A model generated the notes under the pieces. The model saw nothing but the letters and a program-made list of their open reading frames with translations, was not told the DNA's origin and made no database searches. A stretch of DNA of 64,000 bases from Bdellovibrionales bacterium. GTDB taxonomy: Bacteria; Bdellovibrionota; Bdellovibrionia; Bdellovibrionales; UBA1609. Position 1 is the stretch's first letter. Each line of letters begins with the position of its first letter. A program made the position numbers and the translations under genes. This document shows, piece after piece, positions 50,932 through 60,638 of this stretch. The DNA is taken from assembly GCA_965205945.1 (NCBI GenBank), contig CBDBIB010000002.1, positions 67,614 through 131,613 on the forward strand, given 5' to 3'.

Positions 50932-52077
50932 ATGAACAGGGTGTTTCTTGATAATAATGCAACTACGATGCCTTCTTGTGAAGTTTTAGAGGCTATAAGG
51001 ACTTTTTCTTCTTGGGGGAATCCAAGTTCTGTTCATAGCTCAGGGAGAGCGGCAAAATTTTCAATTTTAAAAGTCAGGCGCTCTTTAGCAGAATCATTTG
51101 GTTGCACTCCTGGAGAACTTGTATTTACCTCTGGCGGTAGTGAGGCTAATAATTCTATTGTAAAAGGTCTTATATCAAAGCTTTATAAGTGTGGGCAAGA
51201 CACAATTGTATCATCAACCATAGAGCATCCAGCTTTATTTAAAGCTCTTAATCAGGTAAAAAATTTAGGTTTTAAGATTATTCAGGTTCCGGTTACAGTG
51301 GATAAAGGTTTTGATTATTCTTTTTTAGAAAAAATTTTATCTGAGAATAAAGTAGGTCTTGTTAGTGTTATGCAAATTAATAATGAAACTGGTGAAGTTT
51401 TTAATTTAAAAAAAATAAGGCAAATAATTAATAGTATACAATCTGATAAAAAGATTTATTTTCATTCTGATATGGTTCAAACTTTGGGTAAAATATCAGT
51501 GGATTTATCTCCAATAGATTTTGCAAGTTTTTCAGCTCATAAGTTTTATGCTCTTCAAGGTGTGGGTCTTATTTTTCAGAAAAAAGGTTTAAGTTTAGAT
51601 CCTTTAATTATTGGTGGCGGTCAGGAAAAAGGTAGAAGAGCAGGGACAGAAAATCTTTTAGGAATTTATGCTTTTGGTGAACAGATTAAGAAACTAGATC
51701 AGGTTGAACAGGTGTCAGAAAGAATGACTAAGTTAAGAGACTATATGGAGTCTATGATATCTAGAAAAATAAAAAAAATTAGGTTTTTATCAAAAACTAG
51801 ATTGCGAGCTCCAAACACGTCTTTAATGCTTATTTGTGGAGTCCATGGAGAGACTCTATTAATGAATATGGATCTTTTAGGCTTTGAGATTAGCACAGGA
51901 GCCGCTTGCAGTTCAGGAAACCCTAAACCCTCATCAGTTTTAATTGCAATGGGCCTTAGCAATCATGAGGCTTCAAAATCTCTTAGAGTGAGTTTAGGTT
52001 GGCAAACTACACAAAACGAGATAGATAGATTTATTCAGGCTTTGGTTAAAGTAGTGAAAAAATTAAGAGGGCTTTAG
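50932..52077 (+). CDS. cysteine desulfurase (NifS/IscS class V aminotransferase)
   Basis: PLP-lysine context SFSAHKF and active-site loop TGAACSSG. 381 aa. Confidence 0.85.
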   Translation: MNRVFLDNNATTMPSCEVLEAIRTFSSWGNPSSVHSSGRAAKFSILKVRRSLAESFGCTPGELVFTSGGSEANNSIVKGLISKLYKCGQDTIVSSTIEHPALFKALNQVKNLGFKIIQVPVTVDKGFDYSFLEKILSENKVGLVSVMQINNETGEVFNLKKIRQIINSIQSDKKIYFHSDMVQTLGKISVDLSPIDFASFSAHKFYALQGVGLIFQKKGLSLDPLIIGGGQEKGRRAGTENLLGIYAFGEQIKKLDQVEQVSERMTKLRDYMESMISRKIKKIRFLSKTRLRAPNTSLMLICGVHGETLLMNMDLLGFEISTGAACSSGNPKPSSVLIAMGLSNHEASKSLRVSLGWQTTQNEIDRFIQALVKVVKKLRGL

Positions 52078-52079
52078 CG

Positions 52080-53183
52080 GTGGTATTAAATAAAAAAAAA
52101 CTTAGAATTTTAGTTGCTATGAGTGGTGGAGTGGACAGTTCTGTTGCTGCAGCGTTGTTAGTAGATCAGGGTTTTGATGTCATCGGGGCGACTATGCAGG
52201 TTTGGGATTATTCTAAAAACAAAGCTAAACAAGATTCTGATTGTGATGTAAATGGCACATGTTGTAGTAGTGATGACGTAGATGATGCAAGATGGGTTGC
52301 TGATCAACTAAGGATTCCTTTTTATGTTTTAAATTGTGAAGATCAATTTCAGGCAGAAGTTATTGATCCTTTTCTTGAATCTTATCTTTGCGGTAAAACA
52401 CCAATTCCATGTATAAACTGTAATACTTTTTTAAAGTTTTCACACTTGATTCAAAAAATGAAAGAACTTGATTGTGATTATCTAGCAACAGGTCACTATG
52501 CTAAGATTGTCACTGGTGATAATAATGAGCAGTTAATCCAAACTTCTGAAGATGGACATAAAGATCAAACGTATTTTTTATTTACATTAAACAAAGAAGT
52601 GATTTCTAAAATCATATTTCCTGTGGGAAATATGAATAAATCTGAAGTAAGAAGAATTGCTGAAGAAAAAAAATTAATAGTTGCAAAAAAGAAAGATTCA
52701 ATTGGAATTTGTTTTATTAAAAAAAATAGTTACAAAGAATTTTTTTCTGATCATGTGGCTCCAGATCTATTAAATAAAGGACCCATTGTACTTTATCCTG
52801 AAAATAAAGTAATGGGTGAGCATTCAGGTCTGTATGGTTTTACCTATGGTCAAAGAAAATCCTTGGGCGTTAATTTTTTAGAACCTTTATTTGTTAAATC
52901 TCTTGATATGGAAAATAATAAACTGATTCTGTGTCGTAAAGATGATCTTTATGCTTACAATGTTCAGGTTAGAGACTGTAATTTTTTTACAGATGTTTTT
53001 AAAGGTGAAGTTTATAGAGTTAAACTAAGATATCAGCATAAAGGTGCTGATTGTACAGTTGAGGATATTAAAAACAGCTTAGTGAAGCTAAAATTTAATG
53101 ATCCTCAAAGAGCTATTACTCCAGGTCAGGCTGCTGTTTTTTATAAGGAAAATAACCTTGTTGGAGGAGGTTGGATTGTGTAA
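52080..53183 (+). CDS. mnmA: tRNA 2-thiouridine(34) synthase
   Basis: PP-loop AMSGGVDSSVAA and conserved Cys residues. GTG start. Confidence 0.93.
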   Translation: MVLNKKKLRILVAMSGGVDSSVAAALLVDQGFDVIGATMQVWDYSKNKAKQDSDCDVNGTCCSSDDVDDARWVADQLRIPFYVLNCEDQFQAEVIDPFLESYLCGKTPIPCINCNTFLKFSHLIQKMKELDCDYLATGHYAKIVTGDNNEQLIQTSEDGHKDQTYFLFTLNKEVISKIIFPVGNMNKSEVRRIAEEKKLIVAKKKDSIGICFIKKNSYKEFFSDHVAPDLLNKGPIVLYPENKVMGEHSGLYGFTYGQRKSLGVNFLEPLFVKSLDMENNKLILCRKDDLYAYNVQVRDCNFFTDVFKGEVYRVKLRYQHKGADCTVEDIKNSLVKLKFNDPQRAITPGQAAVFYKENNLVGGGWIV

Positions 53184-54501
53184 AAAAAACAAAGATTCTC
53201 AGATACAGTATCATACGTTTGGTTGTAAGGTAAACACCTATGATACAGGCCTTATTCAAAAAAACTTAAAAGATATAAACATAGACAAGATATTAAATAC
53301 TAATAAGAAAATTCATATTTTAAATACATGTGCTGTAACAGCTGAAGCAACTAAAGACGCAGTAAGATTGACAAAAAAAATTAAAAAAGAAAACCTTCAG
53401 GCCATAGTAGTAGTGACGGGCTGTTCTGCTCAAATTGATAAAAAATATTTTGAATTAGAAGATTCAGTTGACCTTTTAGTAGGAAATTCACATAAAGAAG
53501 AATTTAAAGATTTATTACAAAAAAAAATTAATGGAGAGAATTTAGAACGGTTTTATCATAAAAATATTTTTAAGAAATCCTCAATGGGTGAAGGTGGTGG
53601 AATTGAAGAAAATCATACAAGGGCTTTTTTAAAAATTCAAGATGGATGCGATTCTTTTTGTTCATTCTGTGTTATTCCGCATACTCGAGGAAAAAGCAGA
53701 TCATTGCCATTAAATGCAATAGTGAAAAAAATTAAAGATTTTGTTTTAAATGGTCAAAGAGAAGTGGTTATTACAGGCATTCATATTGGAGACTATGTTA
53801 ATGAAGGTAAGAACCTTGAAGATATGATTGAGGCGATATTAAAAGAAACCACACTTCCAAGATTGAGGCTTACAAGTTTAGAGCCCTTAGAACTTACACC
53901 AAAGCTTATAAAAATTTGTAAAAACCCTAGAGTCTGTCCTCATTTTCATATGAGTGTTCAGTCTATAAACACAAAAATTTTAAAAGCCATGAAGCGTAAA
54001 TATACAAGGCAAGATGTTTTAGAGTCTTTTAAAAAAGCAAAATCTGTGAGAGAGAATGTTTTTGTAGGTATGGATATTATTGTAGGGTTTCCTGGAGAAA
54101 CTGAAGAAGATTTTAATGAAACATATAACGCTCTAAAAGATTCTCCTTATTGGGATAGAGTTCATGTTTTTCCTTATAGTGAGCGTCCTAAAACAAGAGC
54201 AAGCCTTTTAAAGGGTTTTGTTCCGGTAATGGAAAGAAAAAAAAGATCTAAGGCTTTAAGAGAGCTTTCAAAAAAACGTTTTCAAAGTAGTTTGGTTAAA
54301 CAAATTGGTAAAACTCTTAAGGTTTTGGTTTTTGAGGAAAAAAATTTAAAAAATCAAAGATCTTACTCACAAGGTTTGTCAGAAAACTACTACCCTGTAA
54401 TTTTTCCAGAAGGAGCTCCTCAACTTAAAGAAGTAAAAGCCCGGGTGGTTAAGGTAGATTACAATTTTAAATTAAATGGAGCTTTAATTTGTAAAATTTA
54501 G
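53176..54501 (+). CDS. mtaB: MiaB/RimO-family radical SAM methylthiotransferase (MtaB-like)
   Basis: YHTFGCKVNTYD (UPF0004 domain), CDSFCSFC radical SAM motif, TRAM-like C-terminus. TTG at 53176 lies 5 nt after GGAGGAGG; the track start at 53098 would overlap mnmA by 86 bp. Confidence 0.8.
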   Translation: MCKKNKDSQIQYHTFGCKVNTYDTGLIQKNLKDINIDKILNTNKKIHILNTCAVTAEATKDAVRLTKKIKKENLQAIVVVTGCSAQIDKKYFELEDSVDLLVGNSHKEEFKDLLQKKINGENLERFYHKNIFKKSSMGEGGGIEENHTRAFLKIQDGCDSFCSFCVIPHTRGKSRSLPLNAIVKKIKDFVLNGQREVVITGIHIGDYVNEGKNLEDMIEAILKETTLPRLRLTSLEPLELTPKLIKICKNPRVCPHFHMSVQSINTKILKAMKRKYTRQDVLESFKKAKSVRENVFVGMDIIVGFPGETEEDFNETYNALKDSPYWDRVHVFPYSERPKTRASLLKGFVPVMERKKRSKALRELSKKRFQSSLVKQIGKTLKVLVFEEKNLKNQRSYSQGLSENYYPVIFPEGAPQLKEVKARVVKVDYNFKLNGALICKI

Positions 54502-54811
54502 TCTAAAAATAACGTAAGCGAACAGTCCTTCTTTGTTTTAAAATTAGACTTGCCATGCCTTTTTAAGCTAAACCATTTATTTTACTCGCTCTATGGTTTT
54601 ATCAAGCTAGAAGTTATGAGTTTAGAGCAGAAAATTTTTCAGACAGGAATAAAGATGGAGCTAATCTTAAAGGTCTAGTAAGCTGCCCTCGTTGAACATT
54701 TAAAGCAGTTTGAGCTTTGATACAAATTTTAATTTAGAGTTAAGATTATTAAAAGTTATTGACTTAAGCCTATTTAATAAGCTATATGGATATAAAAGAT
54801 AGGAATTTCCT

Positions 54812-55477
54812 TTGATGATCTTAAAATTAGACGAACTTATAAAATCTTTAGATTTATATAAAGAGGCTTTTACACACAAGAGCTTATCTGCTCATAAGAA
54901 TTTTGAGCGATTAGAGTTCTTAGGTGATGCTTTATTAGGGGCAAAAATCACAGAGCTTTTATATCGTTATTATCCTAAGCATAAAGAGGGTGATTTAAGT
55001 CGTTGGAAATCTGGAATTATTAGTCAAAAAACCCTTTTAGAGGTTTCTAATGAGCTAGGGTTAATTCAATATTTAATGTGTAAGAACTCTGAAAAACCTA
55101 TGCTTTTAAAAAATGATAGAATTAAGGCTTCGATTTTAGAGTCATTTTTAGGAGCATATTATTTAGAAAAAGGCTATGAAGAATTTTCAACTTATGTGAT
55201 GAATTTATTTAAAGATAGGATTAAAAATGCTCAGATATTTTTTTTAAAGCAAGATCCTAAAACAATTCTTCAAGAAAAAGCACAGAACTTTTTAAAAGTA
55301 ACACCAATATATAAAATATTAGGGCAAACAGGCCCCCCTCATTGTCTTATATTTACTGCTGCAGTTTTAATAAAAGATGAAATTTATGAATCAGGAAAGG
55401 GTCATTCAATAAAAGAGGCACAAATGCAAGCTGCAAGAAAAGCAATAGTTAGGTTGCAGAAGAGTAAATATGTTTAA
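54812..55477 (+). CDS. rnc: ribonuclease III
   Basis: ERLEFLGDA signature and a C-terminal dsRBD. The start is TTG at 54812 or ATG at 54815. Confidence 0.93.
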   Translation: MMILKLDELIKSLDLYKEAFTHKSLSAHKNFERLEFLGDALLGAKITELLYRYYPKHKEGDLSRWKSGIISQKTLLEVSNELGLIQYLMCKNSEKPMLLKNDRIKASILESFLGAYYLEKGYEEFSTYVMNLFKDRIKNAQIFFLKQDPKTILQEKAQNFLKVTPIYKILGQTGPPHCLIFTAAVLIKDEIYESGKGHSIKEAQMQAARKAIVRLQKSKYV

Positions 55478-56381
55478 AGCAGCTACTAAGAAAAAAGCAG
55501 GTTATGTAGGAGTAGTGGGCCTACCAAACGTAGGTAAAAGTACTTTAGTAAATCATTTTATTAAAGCAAAGGTTTGTATAACTAGTAATAAACCACAGAC
55601 AACAAGAAAAAATATATTAGGTATTTTAACTAGAAATGAGTCACAATTTATTTTTGTGGATAGCCCAGGTTTTATACAGACTAAGAGTGGGCTTAATTCT
55701 TTTTTAGAATCTGAATGGAAAAAGGTGATTAAAGATATTCAAACACTAATTTTTGTTTTTGCTGTAGATTCTAAGAAGGAGAGTTTTCAAAGAACTCTAG
55801 ATATGCTTGATTCTATTGGGAATAAAAAAGTTGCAATAATCACAAAGGTTGATTTAGGGTTTTATGAAAGAGAATTAATTATTCAAAGAGAGTTAGAAAA
55901 ACGAGGGATACGTTTTTTTAAAGCCAGTAGAAAAGGAAAATCTGAAAGTCTTCAGATAACAGATGGTTGTTTAGATTATTTAGAAAGTAACCTTTTAGAA
56001 GTTAAAGAATTTTATTACGATAAAAAATTATATACAACTCAGACATTAAGAGAGTTGTCTGCTGAGATTGTATTAGAAAATATTTTTAGACATTTAAGTG
56101 ATGAACTTCCTTATGAAATAAGTGTTCAACCCATTAAGTTTGAAGAGCTTCCTACTATTTATAAAATTTATGTTCAAATTCTTATTTCAAAAGAAAGGTA
56201 TAAAAAAATTATTATTGGAAAGAATGGAAATACGATTAAAAGAATAGGAACTTTATCTAGAAAATCATTGGAGTTAGAGTTTGGAATGAAAGTGTTTTTA
56301 GATTTAAGGGTTAAATTTAAAAAAGATTGGAATAAGAACATTAGATCGTTAAAGGAGTTAGGTTATGGGCAGAAGCAATAA
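55470..56381 (+). CDS. era: GTPase Era
   Basis: GLPNVGKSTL G1 motif and a C-terminal KH domain. 8-bp overlap with rnc. Confidence 0.93.
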   Translation: MFKAATKKKAGYVGVVGLPNVGKSTLVNHFIKAKVCITSNKPQTTRKNILGILTRNESQFIFVDSPGFIQTKSGLNSFLESEWKKVIKDIQTLIFVFAVDSKKESFQRTLDMLDSIGNKKVAIITKVDLGFYERELIIQRELEKRGIRFFKASRKGKSESLQITDGCLDYLESNLLEVKEFYYDKKLYTTQTLRELSAEIVLENIFRHLSDELPYEISVQPIKFEELPTIYKIYVQILISKERYKKIIIGKNGNTIKRIGTLSRKSLELEFGMKVFLDLRVKFKKDWNKNIRSLKELGYGQKQ

Positions 56382-57741
56382 AGATTTATTTTCTGTTGCA
56401 TTAGTGGGGAGGCCAAATGTTGGAAAATCTAGCTTATTTAATGTTTTATGTCAAAAAAAAATAGCTCTTGTTAAAGATCAACCTGGTGTAACTAGAGATA
56501 TTCGACGTGGTGTTGCTAAATGGTGGGGGAAAGAGTTTTTTGTTTGTGATACTGGTGGTTGGACAAATGCTAAAGACACTATATCAAGAGCAGTTAAAGA
56601 AAAACTTCAAACCCAGCTTGAAAATTTTGATCTTCTTATTTTTATTTGTGATATTAGGCAAAAGCTGACTGCTGATGATAAGAATTTTTTTTCTATTATA
56701 CGCGGTATAGGAAAACCTTTTTTAGTAGTTTTAAATAAATGTGACTCAGACTCTCAAGATGAAATAGAGTTTTATGGTTTGGGTGTAGATGAATTTTTAA
56801 AAATATCTTGCGAGCATAAAATAGGTATAAGCCCTATAATTGAAGCAATACATCAAAATATAGATGATCTTAATATAGAATTAGGAGATGAGAAATTAGG
56901 TGCATACGAACTAAAGAATTTTCCAATCACTGTTGTTGGTAAGCCTAACGTTGGTAAAAGTTCATTAGTGAATAGAATTCTTAAAAGAGAGCAACAGTTA
57001 GTATCACCAGTTGCAGGTACTACAACAGACACATTGTCTTTTAATGGAAATCATAGAGGTTTTAAATTTAAAATTTATGATACAGCTGGAATTAGAAGAA
57101 AAGCAAAGCTTGATGGTGAGCTTGAAGGTTTAACAATGATTAAAGCTTTAGAGACAATTAATAAAGCTGAGTTTATTTTAATTGTTATAGATGGTACAGA
57201 TAAGCCATCTTTTGCTGATGCAAGGCTTATTGAGCGTTGTAGTGAGGAAAATAAACCTTTTTTAATAGTGGTAAATAAATGGGATCTTGCAAAGGAAAAA
57301 GAAGGTTTATTTAATAAGGATACTTTTAAAAAAGACTTAATTAAAGAATTTCATTTTTTAAAATTATTTAAAGTAGTTTTTGTTTCAGCACTTACAAGTA
57401 GTGGTATTGATAAGCTGTTTAAAGAGCTTTATATGCTTAAAGAAAAAATGGGTAAACATATAGGAACAGGGGAATTAAATAGATTTTTTAAGAAAGCTAT
57501 AAAGCTTACACCAGCTCCTTTTTATAAAAATAAACAGGTTAAACTTTACTATATTACTCAGACAAAACAAAATACACCAAGTTTTTTATGCTTTGCAAAT
57601 CACCCTAAAGGAGTAACTCCTTCCTATAGAAGATTTTTAGAGAATAGGATCACAGAAGAATTTGGTTTTGATGGTGTGCCAATAAGAGTGTTGTTTCTTC
57701 CTAAGAACACTGTAAAAAGAGGAATTTTTTTTAATGATTGA
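56365..57741 (+). CDS. der: ribosome biogenesis GTPase Der (EngA)
   Basis: Two tandem G domains (GRPNVGKSSLFN and GKPNVGKSSLVN) and a KH-like C-terminus. Confidence 0.93.
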   Translation: MGRSNKDLFSVALVGRPNVGKSSLFNVLCQKKIALVKDQPGVTRDIRRGVAKWWGKEFFVCDTGGWTNAKDTISRAVKEKLQTQLENFDLLIFICDIRQKLTADDKNFFSIIRGIGKPFLVVLNKCDSDSQDEIEFYGLGVDEFLKISCEHKIGISPIIEAIHQNIDDLNIELGDEKLGAYELKNFPITVVGKPNVGKSSLVNRILKREQQLVSPVAGTTTDTLSFNGNHRGFKFKIYDTAGIRRKAKLDGELEGLTMIKALETINKAEFILIVIDGTDKPSFADARLIERCSEENKPFLIVVNKWDLAKEKEGLFNKDTFKKDLIKEFHFLKLFKVVFVSALTSSGIDKLFKELYMLKEKMGKHIGTGELNRFFKKAIKLTPAPFYKNKQVKLYYITQTKQNTPSFLCFANHPKGVTPSYRRFLENRITEEFGFDGVPIRVLFLPKNTVKRGIFFND

Positions 57742-59084
57742 AGAAAAGTCAGTCTGGCGTAGTCGATTCGGGTTTTATATTGCTTCTATTGGAACAGCTT
57801 TTGGTTTAGGAAATCTTTGGAGATTCCCTTATGTTTCTATTGAGTACGGTGGTGGAGCCTTTGTTTTTATATATATATTAATGGCCTTTTTCATTGGTAT
57901 TCCTTTGCTTATTTCAGAAATAAGTTTAGGAAAATACTTACATAAAAAGGGGGTAAGCCTTTCAACATTAATCTTAAAAAAGAATTCAAAAATGAATATT
58001 ATTTTACAGCCACTTTTATGGTTGCCGTACTTAATTTCATTTATAGTCTTGTCTTATTACTGTATTCTAAGTGGATGGACTGTATACTTATTAGTGAAAG
58101 CTATAATGTATTTATCAAAAGGGATGTCGCATTTTGATGAATCGATATTTTTAACTCTAAAAGAAAAACCTATATTGCAGGTATTTTTATTAAGTATTTA
58201 CTTAATAACGGTATTTCTTATATCAATTAAAGGTTTAAAAGCCGGAGTTGAAAAATGGCTATCGTTTGTAATGCCTTTTTTTGTATGTTTTTTAATTTAT
58301 TTTTTATTTAAAATTATAAATCAAGCTGATCTTTTTGAGGCAGTTCGTTATATGATTTATCCGAATTTTCATTTACTAACATTTAAATCATTTTCTTATA
58401 TTTTAGGGCATGTGCTATTTACTATGAGTCTTGGTTTTGGTTCTGTTTTTACATTAGGTAAGTATTTGCCTAAATATGCATTATCAGGTATGGCGAGTGT
58501 GAGAGTTGTTGCTATAGATACATTAGTTTCTATTTGTATAGGTATTGTGATTTTTTCTATTATTGCTTTTTCAGGTTATAAAGGGGCTTTAAGTGAGACA
58601 TTATTTAGGGCGATTCCAAATTTTATTCAAATTAAAGGCTTGTCTATATTTTTGTTGTTAGGGTTTTATATTTGTATATTGATTGCTTTTATTAATGCTT
58701 CAATTGGTTTGATTGAAAACAATAATGTATAAATTAAACGATTCCACTGGTTGGAATAGAAAAAAATCTTCATTCTTTCTTTATACAGTTACAATAATAG
58801 TTTCAACTTTAATAATATACTTAAATAAAAATGGAGTAGGAGTTTTTCTAGGTAGAAGTTTTTTAGAGCAGATAGATGATGTAGTTATTAATTATATTCT
58901 TCCACTTTCAGCGATAGTGATTTCAGTGCTTACACTAAAATATGTTGAGAAAAGTTTTTTAAAAAATGAGTTTGATGTGGATGAAAAAATTGAAAATTTA
59001 AAAATTTATTATTTTTGGAGATTTTTTTTATATTTTATAATGCCAAGTATTTATATATTTTTTTTAGTACTCCGTGTGCTTTAA
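57734..59084 (+). pseudogene. sodium-dependent NSS/SNF-family transporter, split by a +1 frameshift as sequenced
   Basis: WRSRFGFYIASIGTAFGLGNLWRFPYV is the NSS hallmark. ORFs 57734..58732 and 58713..59084 join to about 455 aa if one A of the A4 run at 58716-58719 is removed. Confidence 0.8.
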
Positions 59085-59843
59085 AAGTTAAATCCAAGAC
59101 CTAGTTGAATAGATATAGGGTCGCCCTTAGGTATTAATGAAGTGGTAACAGTGCGATCATTGGGGGTGAGTAGTGTTATATTTTCACCTTCATCTGGAAA
59201 ATCTGCTTTGTAATATGTGGCTTGAAGTGATATAAAATTTTTGTTATTTATTAAACAAGTACTCAATACCAGCTCCAAAATCAAAGCTTCCAACAGTATC
59301 TTTTGCTAAAAGATAAGGGCTTGCTGTGCTTTGTGAGTTTCTGTTGATTTGAGAGAAGCCACCAATAAAGAATGGGTTGTATTTAGAAATACTTTTTCTA
59401 AGGTTTTGAGTGTTAATAAAATATTTACCATGAAAAGAGGTTGTTGAAAAAGTTGAGGATCCGTTAAATAATATGTTTTCTTCAGGAAAATTATAAGAAA
59501 GAGTATGAGTTCCTGTATGGTAAGAGATATGAACTGCAAATTGTAAATTCATATAATATGTGAATAAGGCTCCAAAATAAGTTCCGGTAGAGTAATTTGA
59601 CCCTAGATTTCCAGTAAAAGTACGTGTGCCTAAAAGGATACCTATACTTAACATTCTACCAAATTTAAAAAAGTTAGTATCAGTTTCTTCTGTAGAAATA
59701 TCTATAAAATCACTGTAATCAGCAAAAGGATCAAAAGCATCATCGGTTAGGCTATCATCGCAAAAACATAGCGCTGGAACTAGTAAAACCACTAAAATAA
59801 TTTTGGAGGCTATTATTTTCATAGATGTCTTATTATCGGACAT
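59081..59843 (-). pseudogene. outer-membrane beta-barrel protein, split by a +1 frameshift as sequenced
   Basis: Signal peptide, alternating beta-strand pattern, C-terminal ..GLGFNF. ORFs 59244..59843 and 59081..59293 join (..EYLFNNNKNFISLQ..) if one base of the run at 59247-59249 is removed. Confidence 0.7.
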
Positions 59844-60045
59844 TTATTTTTAAATGATAAGTAGGAAATAGAGCAAAACAGCTTGAATGAAACATAATAT
59901 TAGTATTTTTTAATATTTAGGATTGGCATTTGCTCTCTTTTATCATATAAAAGCCTTTACTTTTAGAGGCTTATATTCAAGAGCAAAGTTTAAACTCTTG
60001 TTAGAGAGGGGAAGCATAGGCCGCCTGCTAATAAGAAAGGACAAT

Positions 60046-60235
60046 ATGAAAACACATAGTGGTGCTCAAGAAACGTTTTCGTCTAAAGCCAGGTGGAAAA
60101 ATAAAAAGAAAAAAGCGTGGGCTTCGCCATATACTTACAAATAAAACATCTAAAAGAAAAAGACATTTAGGCATGATGGATCATGTTCATATATCTGATG
60201 TTAAACAGGTAAAGCGTATGCTAGGGGTGAGGTAG
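60046..60235 (+). pseudogene. rpmI: 50S ribosomal protein L35, +1 frameshift as sequenced
   Basis: The gene starts MKTHSGAQ. After codon 8 the L35 sequence continues in the +1 frame: KRFRLKPGGKIKRKKKRGLRHILTNKTSKRKRHLG..MLGVR*. One extra base lies near 60070-60073. Confidence 0.85.
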
Positions 60236-60238
60236 TTC

Positions 60239-60584
60239 ATGAGAGTTAAAAGAGGAGTCGTAGCACGCAAAAGAAGAAAAAAAGTTTTAGAAAGAGCAAG
60301 TGGCTATTACTCAGCAGGTAGCAGATTATTTACTGTTGCAAAAGAAAAGAAATGATAGAGCCTTAGTTTATGGTTATAGAGATAGAAAAACTAAGAAACG
60401 TGAGTTTAGAAAATTATGGAATCAAAGAATTAATGCTGGAGCTAGAATAAATGGAACAACTTATTCAGTTCTTATTGGAGCATTAAAGAAAACAGGTATC
60501 CAGCTTGATAGAAAAGTTTTATCAGATCTTGCAATTTTTGACCCTTTAGCATTTTCTGCCGTTGTTAAACAGGCCGGACTATAA
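60239..60584 (+). pseudogene. rplT: 50S ribosomal protein L20, +1 frameshift as sequenced
   Basis: [38 protein letters not shown] is followed in the +1 frame by [29 protein letters not shown].. One extra A lies in the A-rich run at 60341-60352. Confidence 0.85.
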
Positions 60585-60638
60585 TTAAATTTTGCTTAAG
60601 TTTTTAAAAGAGTTAAGAGTTTTTTTTAAGGCTTAATT

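Noticed and set aside
59923-60144. The 73-aa ORF listed in the track upstream of rplT, and the 77-aa ORF at 59306..59539.
   Set aside because: The first is a chimera of 5' UTR read-through plus the out-of-frame part of rpmI. The second is an alternative frame inside the OMP gene.
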